Assembly (NCBI GenBank): GCA_963575745.1
Contig: CAUYUJ010000043.1
Span: forward strand, 1 to 64,000
DNA length: 64,000 nucleotides
Direction: 5' to 3'
Source: Prorocentrum cordatum
Taxonomy: Eukaryota
Part shown: positions 1 to 13,015 of the stretch, in pieces
Layout of the letters: each line of letters opens with the position of its first letter
Position numbering within the stretch: the stretch's first letter is position 1
Made by a program: the position numbers and the translations under genes
The notes under the pieces: model-generated
What the model saw: only the letters and a program-made list of their open reading frames with translations
Told to the model about the DNA's origin: nothing
The model's database searches: none

Positions 1-69
1 AGTAGTACTAGTAGTAGTTTAGTAGTAGTAGTGGTGGTGGTGGTGGTGGTAGTAGTAGTAGTAGTAGTG

Positions 70-104
<35 letters not shown>

Positions 105-105
105 T

Positions 106-139
<34 letters not shown>

Positions 140-235
140 CTAGTAGTAGTAGTAGTAGTAGTAGTAGTAGCAGTAGTAGTAGTAGTAGTAGTAGTAGCAG
201 CAGTAGTAGTAGTAGTAGTAGTAGTAGTCGTAGTC

Positions 236-266
<31 letters not shown>

Positions 267-345
267 GTAGTGTAGTAGTTAGTAGTAGTAGTAGGAGGAG
301 GAGGAGGAGGAGGAGGAGGAGGAGGAGGAGGAGGAGGAGGACGAG
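1..345. repeat. Compound trinucleotide microsatellite (TAG)n/(TGG)n/(GAG)n
   Basis: Directly visible tandem triplets. Confidence 0.95.
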
Positions 346-3300
346 GACGAGTTGGAGGACGACGACGCCCTTCCCACGCCCGCAGTGACGCCGCGACGCC
401 GCCCTGGCGGCTCATCTGGTGCCACGAGCGCTGCCACAAGAGTGACCAGGAGCCCTGGAGGAGGGCGCTCAGCCAGGCGGGTCCGTGCCTCCCTCGCTCC
501 TCTGCTCCTTCCAAGGAGAGATCGGTCGCCACGACAGGAACGGGCCCTGAGGGGCACTGGTCCTGAGAATTCTCCGTAATAGCGTTTTGGTTTGAGCGGT
601 CTCATGGAGGTCAAACTTAGGGCTGGACCCTAACGCTGTGTTGCTGGGCTTCGGCTGTCTTTTGCTTTTCGTTTTGGCAGGGTGGTGCAGGGAAAGAGGT
701 ACAGCAAAACGAACAACAACACGAAACCAGAACGAGAAACAACGTTGAGGTCCAGCCCTGGTAAAACTAGATCGCAGAAGAGTCCCACCAGGGGGGCGGG
801 GAGCCCTAGACTGCCCAGTCCAGCAGCCGTTTCGCCTGAGGGGTCCTCGCATTTCTTTCTGGAATCGTGTTCTCGCCCGAATGCCGATTCGGAGCACAAA
901 GCACACACATACACGCCGATTTCGGTTTCCTGGGTCCTCCATTGGCCTCGGAACTAACACACAACGACCAAGGATGAAGAGCTGGTCCTGTGCAACATGT
1001 CGGTGCAGGCGCAGCCGCCTTCCGCTCAGGGACGGATTCTCTGGCTTTGCTCCCCTCCTCCTTGTCCTCTGCTTCGGCCCCTCCTGGCTGCAGCTCGGTG
1101 TAGCAGCTTCGCATGCCAATTTCTAGCGACGCGGAGCGTCATAGGGGATCGGGGCGCGTGCCGGCTGGTCCAGCGTCGACGCCGCCCCGTGGGCATTGCG
1201 GTGGCCCCAGCACGTTCCACCAACAGCGGAGCCTTTCCACGTGGGGCCGCGCCCGACATCGGTGGCGAAGGTATCCGAGGTGCTCGTGAGGGACTTCCGT
1301 GTGAACTGCGCACGCGCGAGCCGTATTCTCACCTTCTTCTCCCCCCTCACCGTTCTTCTTCCTAGTTCTATGGTTGCCAGCTTCTCGCCTGTCTGGGATG
1401 TCTTGGACGCAGCCTGATACCATCTGCTACCCACCAGGCCTCCACAGTGCAGGAGTCCACGCAGCGGCTTCCCAACGGACAGGCTCAACTCTTTCCGCTG
1501 TTCACCACATGAGCTTGCTTATTGCAGGTCGGGTCGTGTAGGGCGCAGTCCCCAGTCCCAGCCCATAGCTGTTGTGTTTTCCTCGAGTCCACACTTGAAG
1601 CCAGAGTTTGGGGCTGTTGGTTCTCTTGCTCCTCGTTCCCCCTCTTCTCTCCTGCGCCTCCCTCTCTCTTTCTCTTGTCTCATGCAGTGATGGATTTGTT
1701 GGTGTGGACGCTTAGGCCATCCAATAGTGGCTCTTACCACACCAGTGTGTTGTCACCAGCCTGGGCAGTCAATATTGGCAGCCACACTGACGGTCGGACC
1801 GAGGTATAAGATCGAGATCGGTTCGTGGAGGGCACCCTAATTTTCTTCGTGTTTGTTGGATGCTGTTGTGCTTCCTGGGGGCGGGTATCCTCGAGTGTTC
1901 TTCAGTTTGGCCGGCGGAGGGTCTTATATTCTTGAAGGATGTTCTTCTGTCCTATGTCCGTCTGCAATACCCTTTCCAGCGGGCGCATCGTTTTACGCAT
2001 CCTCTGGTCTGCGGCTGGCGCAGGGAGGGGTGGGGGGCAATTCGTTACCTTTGGCTCGCTCTCTCTCTCTCTCTCTCTCGGGCCAAGGTTCTCCTCATGA
2101 GTTTGTACCTCGCAGGTCGGCTCGTGGGTTGCATCAGGTCTGCCTGGCGACTCTTTAGGTCGCATGGCAGTTAAGAAGGTGCAACGTGGAGCTCGCTCGT
2201 TATGAAGGAAAACTTCGAGGAGGAGGAGCTGGAGGAGGAGGAGCAGGAGGAGAATGAGGAGGAGGAGCAGGAGGAGGAGGAGGAGGAGGAGGAGCAGGAG
2301 GAGGAGCAGGAGGAGGAGGAGGAGGCGGGATGAAGAACCTGTCCTGGGGGAAGGCCCCTGGGGTCCAGGAGCAGTCTCCCTCATTTGCCCGTTTCCTTCG
2401 TGCCAGATTGGGACTTTACAATGCCTCCTCCTCCGACGAGGGAGGACGGATCCAGGAGGAACGCTCTTGGATAGCTCTTTGATCTGCTTTGCCTCCAGGG
2501 GAGGCTTCTCGCCGCCACGACCGGGCTCCCATCAAGAGCAGCTGCTGGCCAGAACGCATCCCCAGAGAGGTCTGGGGATCGATTTCGGGAGGAAGGCCCG
2601 CGCGCCCCTCGCGTCGTGACCACCTCATGGCGCGAGACCGTTGGCAGTTTTCGGCGTCGGGCGGACCGAGTGGGCTGATGTACACTCTCGGCGATGCTTA
2701 AGAAAACCAAAGTTTTCGGCCAGAATCTCGATTATTCTTAATGTTTCAATGTACATCCTAAGATTTGAATAGACATTCTGTGTTTTTCTCCAAATTCTGA
2801 GACTATGAATTTCTTAACTCATGATTTCTAAAGCATTTCGCATGGTGTACGCGCAGGTTTTGCGGATGAGGTTGCCGCTCTCGATGCTGGTTCCGAACGC
2901 CCCTGCATGGTACGCACTTGGTGGTGTCTGTGCCGCCCAGATCAACAGAGTGAGCGAGCGAGTAGCTTTGTTGACCCAGTGTATCGACATCATGTCCCAG
3001 AAGAGGCTGGCTAGCGACACTCCGCTTTATGCCCTTCGAGAGTAGAAAGAATGTGGACGAAGACCGACAGCATTTCCCGTCCACTATGAGCAGAGCTCGC
3101 TGTTGGTGTCCCTCTGGACGTTGCCCATCGATGACGAGCGTCGTCAGGCCAACAGCGGCCGCTGTCGGTTGCGGACCGCGTTCTCTGTCGTGCATCGTTC
3201 CCATTCTTTCCGTCTCCACTTTGGCGTCCACAGAGGTTCTGGCGGTTTTCGGAGGCTTCGGTGATCTTTCTGAGTATTCGTCTGCAGTCAAGGGTCTTTA

Positions 3301-3734
3301 GCTGTTGTCGGCGCTTGTTCCTGGCGATTCCTGAAGCATTTGTGCATTAGCGCCGTCCGTGTGTGTTCTCATGGAATACATGATTTGGGTAGGCACTCGG
3401 AGGTTTCTGCATGATCCTGACGGTCGGAGGCCGCCTGACGTCGTCGGCGCCGTCGGGCCGTCTCGACGAGCGCCGGCAGCCACGTGTTCATTGGGCCAGA
3501 AGACCTCGCCTTCCTCCTCCTCTTCCTCCTCCTCCTCCTCTCTTATCCCTCCTCTCCTCCAGTGTGGCGTGCTTCTTTTCCGCGCGTCAGGAGAGGAAGC
3601 ACGCGGCTCCCAAGTGCAGCCGCTTTCTCGCTCGTGCCCCGCATACGTGCTGTTGAGTCCTGGGTGCCCGCTCCGGTCTTCTCCCATTGCAGAAGTCTAT
3701 TGGTCCAGGAGTTCTGGACCTCCTGGTCCCTCGA

Positions 3735-3965
3735 GGTCCTCTTGGGGCACTCTCGGGGCCCTCTTGAGCCCCTCCTGAGGCCCTCCTGGTGGCTTCTTGG
3801 GGCCCCCTTGGTGGCCCTCTTGGGGCCCTCTTGATGGCCCTCCTGGTGGCTTCTTGGGGGCCTCTTGGTGGTCCTCTTGGTGGCTTCTTGAAGCCCTCTT
3901 GGTGGCCCTCTTGGTGGCTTCTTGAGGCCCTCTGGAGAGCTTCTTGGGGCCCTCTTGGTGGCTGC
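3735..3965. repeat. Degenerate minisatellite of GGCCCTCTTGGT/GGCTTCTTG units
   Basis: Repeated ccctcttggtggc-like units; the reverse complement resembles the CCAAGA-rich region at 23800-25570. Confidence 0.75.
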
Positions 3966-5504
3966 GGCCGCTTGCCGCGGTTTCCTCGCCGACCGCCCTC
4001 TGCGCCCCGACACGCCCTGGGACCTCCTTGGCTGCTGCTCTGCCCGGACATCGGGCGCCGTGGGCAAGCTCACGACGCTCCTCGCGGGTGCCCCAAGGGG
4101 TGAGGGCGAGGGCTCGTCGGCGGCGAGCGAGGGGGGGGAAGTGAGAGGTTTGAGCTTCGAGGCGGCTTTTCAGTAGGTTTCGGCCTCCGAGGGCTGTCTT
4201 CGGGCCCCAGGACCCCCGAACCTCGATCCGGGGTGGAAAGGAGTGGTCCAGGGATCCATTCTGACTGACATTCGACGGCGCTCCCAGGGCGGGAAGTGAG
4301 AAGGCGAGAAGGCCTTCTCAGAAGGCGGGCGGGGCTTCTCAGACGCCCGCCAGCCTTCCGAGAACTGTTCTCGGTGCCTTCCGACGAGGCTCAGGAAGCT
4401 GCCTTCTGCGAAGGCCCGCCCCATCTCACCTCCCCGCTCGGGCTGGCCGCCGAGCTGGGGGTGTGGGGATGCCATGGCCAGGGCCACGGAATCCCTTCAG
4501 TTTTCATGGCCCACTCTTCTCCCTTCAATGCGCCCCCCCGCCCCCCCCCCTCGTCCGCGCACGTGCGCTGTGCCATGACACGCTGGCCCCCCTTTTCCTG
4601 GCCCTCCTCGGCGCACCCAAGTCTCAGGAGCGACAAAAGGACGTACATGTACATGAATCCGCGCTGGTTTCGAGAGTACGCATTGCGCGAATGTTCGTAT
4701 CACTCGGCCGGTCTCGCGGATCGAGGGGCCGTGTTCATGTACATCGCTGGGCGCGTACGTCCTTTGTGGGCTCCCTAAAGTCGAGGAATCACCACTGGGC
4801 CCTCGCCCCCCCCTTGCTGTGTTAGTTTTCCGGGCGGCTCGTTCCGCGGAGGCCCCGGAGCCCAGAGAGCGGAGCAGGTCGGGGGCAACGTAGGCATAGG
4901 GGGGGATGCATCGACCCCCAATCGCCCATTGATCACCGACAGAAGTCTGATAGCCCGCCCCGCCCAGGAGCGTGCGGATTCACTATCGGAGGCCCATCGC
5001 CGACCTTTCGGCGATGCATCGCCGACTCCAGATCGATGTGCCTCCCTCTGTGCCAGTCCCCCTCTTCTTGTTTTCTTGTGGCATCTTCGAGCCCAGTCAG
5101 AACAGGGCGCAGCCGGACTTGCACAGAGAAGGAAAGGAGGAGGAGGAGGAGGAGGAGGAGGAGGAGGAGGAGGAGGAGGAGGAGGAGGAGGAGGAGCAGG
5201 AGGAGTATGAAGGAGGAGGAGGAGGAGGAGAGGCAGTCCCCCTTCTCGTTGCCCCCCAGGCAGAAATTTGCACAGCGCGACCCTTGCCACGACGCCCAGA
5301 TGCCAGGTCCCACGGCAGGTTCGCGCCGCGCCGGACGCGGCGGGGGAGGCCCCAGAGCGGGCTTTCAGGGCTGAGCACCGCCACCGCCCCACATTCGGGC
5401 CACGTCTATCGAGCGATCTGCGCTTCCGAGAGCCGCGATCGCTGACGGCTGACCGCTCCACGCTGTGCAGGACACTGGCGCGCGCGTGATCGCGACGTGA
5501 ATCG

Positions 5505-5754
5505 GGTTGACCCAAAAGGGGGTCCAGCGACAAGGGGGTGATGCAATAGATTTGGTGCAATCTATTCGTGGGGTTGTAATACATCGGGGGCATGCAATAC
5601 ATTCCGGGCCGCAAATGCATTGCTTGATTTTCACGTGCAATACATTCGTCGCAATACAATGCAATACAATTCTCCGGCGCAATACATTTGCAACACAATT
5701 GCCCCAAATCTATTGCACCACCCCCTTTCAGCTGGACCCCCTTTTGGGTCGACC
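5505..5754. mobile_element. MITE-like element with ~55-bp terminal inverted repeats
   Basis: Left end GGTTGACCCAAAAGGGGGTCCAGCGACAAGGGGGTGATGCAATAGATTTGG pairs with the reverse complement of the right end (GGTCGACCCAAAAGGGGGTCCAGCTGAAAGGGGGTGGTGCAATAGATTTGG). The interior carries TGCAATACA-like repeats. No clear TSD. Confidence 0.7.
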
Positions 5755-6309
5755 AGGGTGAACTCGCCGTATCCACTCTGGGATCTGACGAGCGCTCGCT
5801 TCAGGGCAGGTGGAGTGCCCTCTGAGGCCCCAGGATCGGATTGAATAACCCTCCAAAGATGGCCTCTCCGCGGCGCGGCCATCGGTGCGTCGGATGAGGG
5901 CTTGATGTGCCGAGCTACGCGCGAGGAGGGACCGCGATTAGGAGGATGCAGAGGGGGCGAATGCTGTGGATGATACTGATGAGGAGGAACAGGAGGAGGA
6001 GACGGAAGAGGCGGAGGAGGAGGAGGAGGAGGAGGAGGACGATTTTGGACTATGAGGGAGGAGGAAACGGAAAAGAAGGAGGATGACGACGAATAGAGGA
6101 ATGAGGGGAGTACGGAGACGGACCATGGAGAGTGAGAAGAACAGAAGATCAAACTACTTTGTAGAGGAGGCGAGGATGAGGAGAAATATGATGATGAGGT
6201 GGAGAATGAGAAGCACGAAGAGGATGAAAATGAGGAGAAGGAAAAGGGACATGGGACATCGAATTATAATAATACTTTGGAAACTACCATAACGAGGCTG
6301 GAGGACGGA

Positions 6310-6378
6310 TGACGATGATGATGGTGGGGAGGATGATGATGCTGATGCTGATGCTGATGCTGATGCTGATGCTGATGC

Positions 6379-6434
<56 letters not shown>

Positions 6435-6439
6435 CTGAT

Positions 6440-6496
<57 letters not shown>

Positions 6497-6605
6497 GTGA
6501 TAATGATGATGATGTATAGGAGTATGAGGATGATGGTGCTGATGATGATGATGATGGTGATGATGAGGATGATGATGGTGATGACCATGATACTAATGAT
6601 GATTA
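6310..6605. repeat. (GAT)n/(GATGCT)n microsatellite
   Basis: Directly visible. Confidence 0.95.
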
Positions 6606-6741
6606 GGATTCGGAGGTTGGGGGGTGAGTCCGACGTGAAACGGAGACCCCCCTTACCGGGAAATCGATTTCGATTTCGGGTTCGTGTCGTGCGTGCCGTG
6701 CGTGCGTGCGGGCGAGGCGAAGCTGCGTGGGCTGGCGAGAG

Positions 6742-7540
6742 GAAATCCTCCTGTGGCTGGGCCGCGGCCGGACCAAATGTAACTCCTCCGGCGGCCGGTG
6801 CCGCGCGGTGTCCCGCCGGTGTCCCGCTGGTGTCCCGAAATCCTCCTGTGGCTGGGCCGCGGCCGGACCAAATGTTTCTCCTCCGGCGGCCGGTGCCGCG
6901 CGGTGTCCCGCTGGTGTCACGCTGGTGTCCCGTGGAGTCCCGTGGTGTCCCGTTGAGTGAGATCGATCGTGAGATCGATAGTGAGATCGATACTGAGATC
7001 GATGTGGTGCCCCGAGGTGTTCCGTGGTGTCCGGTTGTGTCCCGTTGAGTGAGATCGACAGTGAGACCGATAGTGAGATCGACAGGTGTCCCGTGGTGTC
7101 CCGTGGTGTCCCGTTGAGTGAGATCGATAGTGAGATCGATACTGAGATCGATGTGGTGCCCCGAAGTGTCCCATGGTGTCCCGTGGTGTCCCGCTGAGTG
7201 AGATCGATAGTGAGATCGACAGGTGTCCCGAGTTGTCCCGTGGTGTTCCGTTGAGTGAGATCGATAGTGAGATCGATAGTGAGGTCGATAGTGACATCGA
7301 TGTGGTGTCACGAGGTGTCCCGTGGTGTCTTATGGTGTCCCGCTGAGTGACATCGATAGTGAGATCGATAGTGAGACCGATAGTGAGATCGAGAGGTGTC
7401 CCCGTGGTGTCCCGTGGTGGCCCATGGTGTCCCGTGGTGTCCCGTTGAGTGAGATCGATAGTGAGATCGATAGTGAGATCGGCAAGTGTCCCGTGGTGTC
7501 CCGTGGTGTCCCGATGAGTGAGATCGATAGTGAGATCGAT
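6742..7540. repeat. Composite satellite of GAGATCGATAGT 12-mers and CCGTGGTGTC 10-mers, preceded by a ~95-bp tandem duplication
   Basis: Alternating blocks of the two motifs. The segment aaatcctcctgtggctgggccgcggccggaccaaatg occurs at ~6743 and ~6838. Confidence 0.9.
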
Positions 7541-7760
7541 TGAGTCAGATGTTGGTTCCCCCCCTCTCCCCCCCCCACAACCTCCTTATCACCCGAAGGG
7601 CGGTCGTATAGGTATGATTATGAGGAGGAGCAGGATGAGGGTGAGGAGCAGGATGAGGTGGAAGAGGAGGAAGAGGATGAGAAAGAGGATGATGAGGAGG
7701 GGGATGAGAAGGAAGAGGATGATGAGGATGAGGATGATCTTGATGCTGTTTTTCCGAACC

Positions 7761-9460
7761 ATACTGTGGTGTTGGGTCCTCGTTTTGACGAGACATCGCC
7801 CCGCGTCTCCTCCCGCTGCCCCTCCTCCTCCCTCTCCCCATCATCAGCATCATCGCCACTATTACCACCCCTCACACGTTTCGTGGCCCCATAGGGAGCC
7901 CCACGTATGGCCCCAGCGGGGGTGGCCACATGCGTCCGCCACACCCAGTGCAGCGTTCCGTGGCCCCATAAGGGGGCCCCACGTAAGGCCCCAGTGGGGG
8001 TGGCCACACGCGTCCGCCACACCCAGTGCAGCTATTCGTGGCCCCATAGGGGGCCCCACTTAAGGCCCCAGTGGGGGTGGCCACATGCGTCCGCCACACC
8101 TAGTGCAGCATTTCGTGGCCCCATAGGGAGCTCCACCTAAGGCCCCAGTGTGGGTGGCCACATGCGTCCGCCACATCCAGTAGAGTGTTTCGTGGCCCCA
8201 TACGGAGCTCCACCTAAGGCCCCAGTGGGGGTGGCCACACGCGCCCGCCACACCCAGTAGAGTGTTTCGTGGCCCCATACGGAGCTCCACCCGATGCCTC
8301 CACATGCGTCCGCCACACCCAGTAGAGTGTTTCGTGGCCTCATAGGAAGCTCCACCGAAGGCCCCAGTGGGGGTGGCCACATGCGTCCGCCACACCCAGT
8401 ACAGCGTTTCGTGGGCCCATCAGGGAACTTTACCTGCGGCCCAAGTGGGGTTGGCCACGTATGTCCGCCACACCCAGTAGAATGCTCGTGGCCCCATACG
8501 GAGCTTCACCCAATGCCCCAGTGGGGGTGGCCACATGCGTCCGCGACACCCAGTACAGCGCTTCGTGGCCCCAGAGGGAGCTCCACCTAAGGCGTGGCCA
8601 CATGCGTCCGCCACACCCAGTAGAGTGTTTCGTGGACCCATAGGGAGCTCCACCCAAGGCGCCAGTGGGGGTGGCCACATGCGCCCGTCGCACCAAATAC
8701 AGCGCTTCGTGGCCCCATAGGGAGCTCCACCTGCGGCCCCACTGGGGGTGGCCACATGCGTCCGCCACACCCAGTACAGCTATTCGTGGCCTCATAGGGA
8801 GCTCCACCGAAGGCCCCAGTGGGGGTAGCCACATGCGTCCGCCACACCCAGTACAGCGCTTCGTGGCCCCAGAGGGAGCTCCACGTGCGGCCAGTGGCCA
8901 CATGCGCCCGCCACGCCCAGTACAGCGCTTCGTGGCCCCATTGATTGGGAGCTCCACCTAAGGCCCCAGTGGCACTGCCCGCGTGCGTCCCCTCCACTCG
9001 GTATAGCGTTTCGTGGCCCCGTAGGGAGCTCCCGCATGCGACCCCTCACCCAGTGCAGCGTTTCGTGGGCCCATGGAGCTCCACCGAAGGCCCCAGTGGC
9101 ACCGCCCGCATGCGTCGGCCACCACCCAGTGCAGTGCTTCGTGGCCCCGTAGGGAGCTCCACAGAAAGACTCCAGCGGCACCGCCCGCATGCGTTTCTCC
9201 CAACCAGTACAGCGTTTCGTGGCCCCATCGGGAGGTCCAGCGAGGGGCACCGCCCGCATGCGCCAGCCGCACCCAGGACAGCGTTTCGTGGCCCATAGGG
9301 AGCCCCACCGAAGGCCCCAGTGGCACTGCCCGCATGCGTCTCCCCCACCCATCACGGCACGTCCCTCACGCGTTTCGTGGTCCCACAGGCAGCTCCACCG
9401 AAAACGGCATCCACAACGCGTTATTCACAACTGCACATGGTTGGACCCTTCGCCCAAATA
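7761..9460 (+). repeat. ~77-bp tandem satellite array with conserved flanks (copy 1 of a dispersed element)
   Basis: Unit TTCGTGGCCCCATAGGGAGCTCCACCGAAGGCCCCAGTGGGGGTGGCCACATGCGTCCGCCACACCCAGT...; both flanks are homologous to those of the 61228-62895 array. Confidence 0.9.
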
Positions 9461-9954
9461 ATTGTTTTTGTTTTGGGTTTTGTTGGCGTTGAGTTCTCAT
9501 TCGTGAAAATAAATCTACCTGATCCCCCCTCCTGTGACCATTGTGTTTTTTCAATTGAAAAGCTTCCCCCGGGGCTCGCACCCTTTTTTGTAGAAGGGAA
9601 CGACACTCGGCTCAAACTGCGTTGTGTGTCCCCGGGTTACAACAACAACGGCTCCCGCCTGAGACTTCCTAACAATTTAGCCGGGACCCCCGCTCCCGCC
9701 GGAGACTTCCTCGCATTTTACCCAGGAATCGCGCTCTCGCTTTGGATTTCCTTACAATTTATCCAGGAGTTGCTCTGTCGGCGCTCCGGAGTCGCGCTCT
9801 CGCTGGAGATTTGCTTGCAATTTACTCAAGCATCTCGCTCTTGCGTTGGAATTCCCCGCGATTTGCTCAAACGCCGCGCTCCCGACACTCATGCACCCAG
9901 GAGTCGCGCTCACGCTTGGGACTTCCTCATAGCTTACTTAGGAATCGGGATCTC

Positions 9955-10750
9955 GCTGCCCTTCGTGGCCCCCAGTTCCTCTCGGACCCCCTCGCTGCCC
10001 TTCGTGGCCCCGTTGCAGCCCTTCGTTGCCCCCTCGCTGCCCTTCGTGGCCCCGTTGCAGCCCTTCGTGGCCCCCTCGCTGCCCTTCGTGGCCCCGTTGC
10101 AGCCCCTCGTGGCCCCCCTCGCTGCCCTTCGTGGCCCCGTTGCAGTTCTTCGTGGGCCCCCTCGCTGCCCTTCGTGGCCTCGTTGCAGCCATTCGTTGCC
10201 CCCTCGCTGCCCTTCGTGGCCCCGTTGCAGCCCCTCGTGGCCCCCTCGCTGCCCTTTGTGGCCCCGTTGCAGCCCTTCGTTGCCCCCTCGCTGCCCTTCG
10301 TGGCCCCATCTATGTATGCCCTTCGTGGCCCCCGCTCGTTCGCGTCTGTCGCGGCCCCATCTGCATGCGCTTCGTGGCCCCGTTGCAGCCCCTCGTGGCC
10401 CCATCGCTGCCCTTCGTGGCCCTGTCGCTGCCCTCATTGGCCCCGTTCTTGCTTTCTGCGGCCCAATCTATCTATGCCCTTCGTGGCCCCCGTTCGTTCG
10501 CGCCCGTCGTGGCCCCGTACGCATGCCCTTCGTTGCCCCGCTGTCGCTCGTTGTGGCCCCCTCGCTGTCCTACGTGGCCCCGTTGCTACCCTCAGTGGCC
10601 CCGTCGTTGCCCTCTGTGGCCCCGCATTATCTGCCCTTCGTGGCCTCCATTCGTTCGCGCACTTCGTGGCCCCATACGCATGCCCTTCGTGGCCCCGCTG
10701 TCGCGTCGCCCTCCGTGGCCCCCTTCCTGCCCTTCGTGGCCCCGCTGTCG
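9955..10750. repeat. ~21-bp minisatellite CCCTTCGTGGCCCC(CTCGCTG/GTTGCAG)
   Basis: Tandem units; they explain the repetitive PFVAP ORFs. Confidence 0.9.
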
Positions 10751-10794
10751 CTCTCGCTCTCGCTTTCGCTCGTCTTCGTCGTCGTCGTCGTCAT

Positions 10795-10829
<35 letters not shown>

Positions 10830-10843
10830 CCGTCGTCGTCGTT

Positions 10844-10879
<36 letters not shown>

Positions 10880-11174
10880 TTCGTCGTGGTCGGTCCCCTG
10901 TCCGTCCTTCTTGGGGTCGGGTTGCCGCCGGTCAGCGCTGCCGCTGGCCAGGCCGACGGTCCGCGGCCGCCCCGCCGCTTGCCGGGGCCCAGCCTGCAGG
11001 GAAGAACAATGTACCCCCGAAAAGGGGTACGAATGGAGACGAAGAGGGCGGGTATCGAGGGTTTGGGAAATACGCGTTGGATGACACCCGGGCAGATAAG
11101 AGCGAACAGTGTTGAACTGATTGTTTTTGTTGTTGTTGTTGTCGTTGTTGTTGTCGTCGTTGTTGTGGTTGTTA

Positions 11175-11910
11175 TTGAACTTTCACTACTAAAGAATACG
11201 TGTTTTTGATCACCCCCTCCGGTAACATATGTGTTTTTCATTTGAAGTGCCCCTCCCGGGGCTCGCGCCCTGCCTTTCATCGAAGAATCTTCCTCCTGAA
11301 ACTGCGCCCCTGGCCCCCAGATTACAATAACGGTTCCCGCCTGATACGTCTTCACCATTTGTTCCCAAATCGCACTCTCGCGCAGGACGTCCTCATAATT
11401 TATACAGGAATCGCGCTTTCGCATGGGACTTCCTTGCAATGTATTCAGACGCCGCGCCCTCGACACTCAGGAATCACACTCTCGTGGTGGATTCCCTGGC
11501 GATTCATCTGGGAATCGCGCTATCGATTGAGATTTCCTGGCGATTCATACAGGACGCACGCTTCGGCAACCCGCCTGCTCTACCTGGCCGCCTGGGCCCG
11601 CCTTTTCGACCCGCTTGTTAGGGTCATTCCGCCCGATCTGCCCATCTTGTTCTGCCACATGTTGTCTTCTCCGAACCCCCCTCCTGCTACTCCCTCTCGT
11701 GCTCCATCCTCCTCATTCCCCCGTGTCCATTCCTTCCATCCGTCCTCTCGTCCCATGCCTCAGGGGCTGCTCGAAATTCATTTGGCAGGGAAGGGCAATA
11801 TATACCCCCAGTGGTGTGCGATCGAAGTCGAAAAAGGGCGGGTATCGAGGGTTTGGGATATACGAATTGAATGGCACACGAGCAGATAAGAGCGAATAGT
11901 CTTAAACTGG
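11175..11910. repeat. ~700-bp dispersed/tandem repeat unit bounded by (GTT)n tracts
   Basis: Homologous copies at ~9490-9955 (plus 11000-11120), 12690-13355, 15375-16090, 16170-16660, 18200-18915 and 19020-19520. Shared motifs include acaacggctcccgcctgatac, gacgccgcgccctcgacactc and cgatcgaagacgaagagggcgggtatcgaggg. Confidence 0.85.
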
Positions 11911-12156
11911 GTGCTGTTGTTGTTGCTGCTGTGGCCTCATCATTTCCGAAAAATAAGTATTGTTGGTATCCCCCTCCGGTAACCCTTGTCAGAGTGAGGG
12001 AGGGGGCCGCACGGTCATTCGTTGTCCTTGGGCAAGTGGCTGAAATGGGGACCCGTGGTGAGGATTATGCTTGTTGCGTTGTTGTTGTTGCTGCTGCTGC
12101 TGCTGTTGTTGTTGTTGTTGTTGTTGTAGTTGTAGTTGTAGTTGTAGTTGTTGTTT

Positions 12157-12188
<32 letters not shown>

Positions 12189-12209
12189 GGTTGTTGTCGT
12201 CGTCTCCCT

Positions 12210-12530
12210 TGCGACCCGCCCGCGACCCACCCCGCGACCCACCCCGCGACCCACCCCGCGACCCAGCCCGCGACCCACCCACGACCCAATCGCGGCCCAC
12301 CCCGTGACCCGCCCGCGACCCGCCCGCGACCCACCCTGCGACCCACCCCGCGACCCACCCGCGACCCCCCCCGCGACCCAGCCCGCGACCCACCCAGCGA
12401 CCCAACCACGACCCAGCCCGCGACCCCCCCGCGACCCACCACGTGACCCATTCCGCGACCCATACGCGACCCCTACGCGACCCACCCGCGACCCGGCCCG
12501 CGACCTGGCCAGCGACCCACCCCGTGATCC
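12210..12530. repeat. 12-bp minisatellite CCCGCGACCCAC
   Basis: Directly visible tandem units. Confidence 0.9.
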
Positions 12531-13015
12531 ACACACATTGCTTGAACCAAAAAATCGGCGCCTGCGGCGGGCTCACTGCATAAGCTGTAGAAAGTTAAGC
12601 GCCTGCGGCGGGCTTCTTCAGAGCCTCGCAGACTGACCACGTCCTCGCCGCCCCTCACTCTTATCCGCAACTGCGGGGTTCTACCCGTGCTTTCAATTAA
12701 AGCACTTTTCCTGGGGCTCGCACCGTGTTTCTTACAAGGGAAAATGAGGGATTTCCAAGCTGGGCCCTTGGACCACGGTTAACAAAAACAACAACAACGG
12801 CTCCCGCCTGATACTTCCTCACCATTTATTCCCAAATCGCGCTCTCGCGCGGGGCGTCGTCATAATTTATACAGGAGTCGCGCTTTCGCATGGGACTTCC
12901 TTGCAATGTATTCAGACGCCGCGCCCTCGACACTCAGGAATCACACTCTCGTGGTGGATTTCCTGGCGATTCATCTGGGAATCGCGCAATCGATCGAGAT
13001 CTCTGGGCGATTCAT

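Noticed and set aside
1100..3480. Unique-looking sequence with short ORFs, possibly decayed transposon coding sequence
   Set aside because: No identifiable motifs in any frame.
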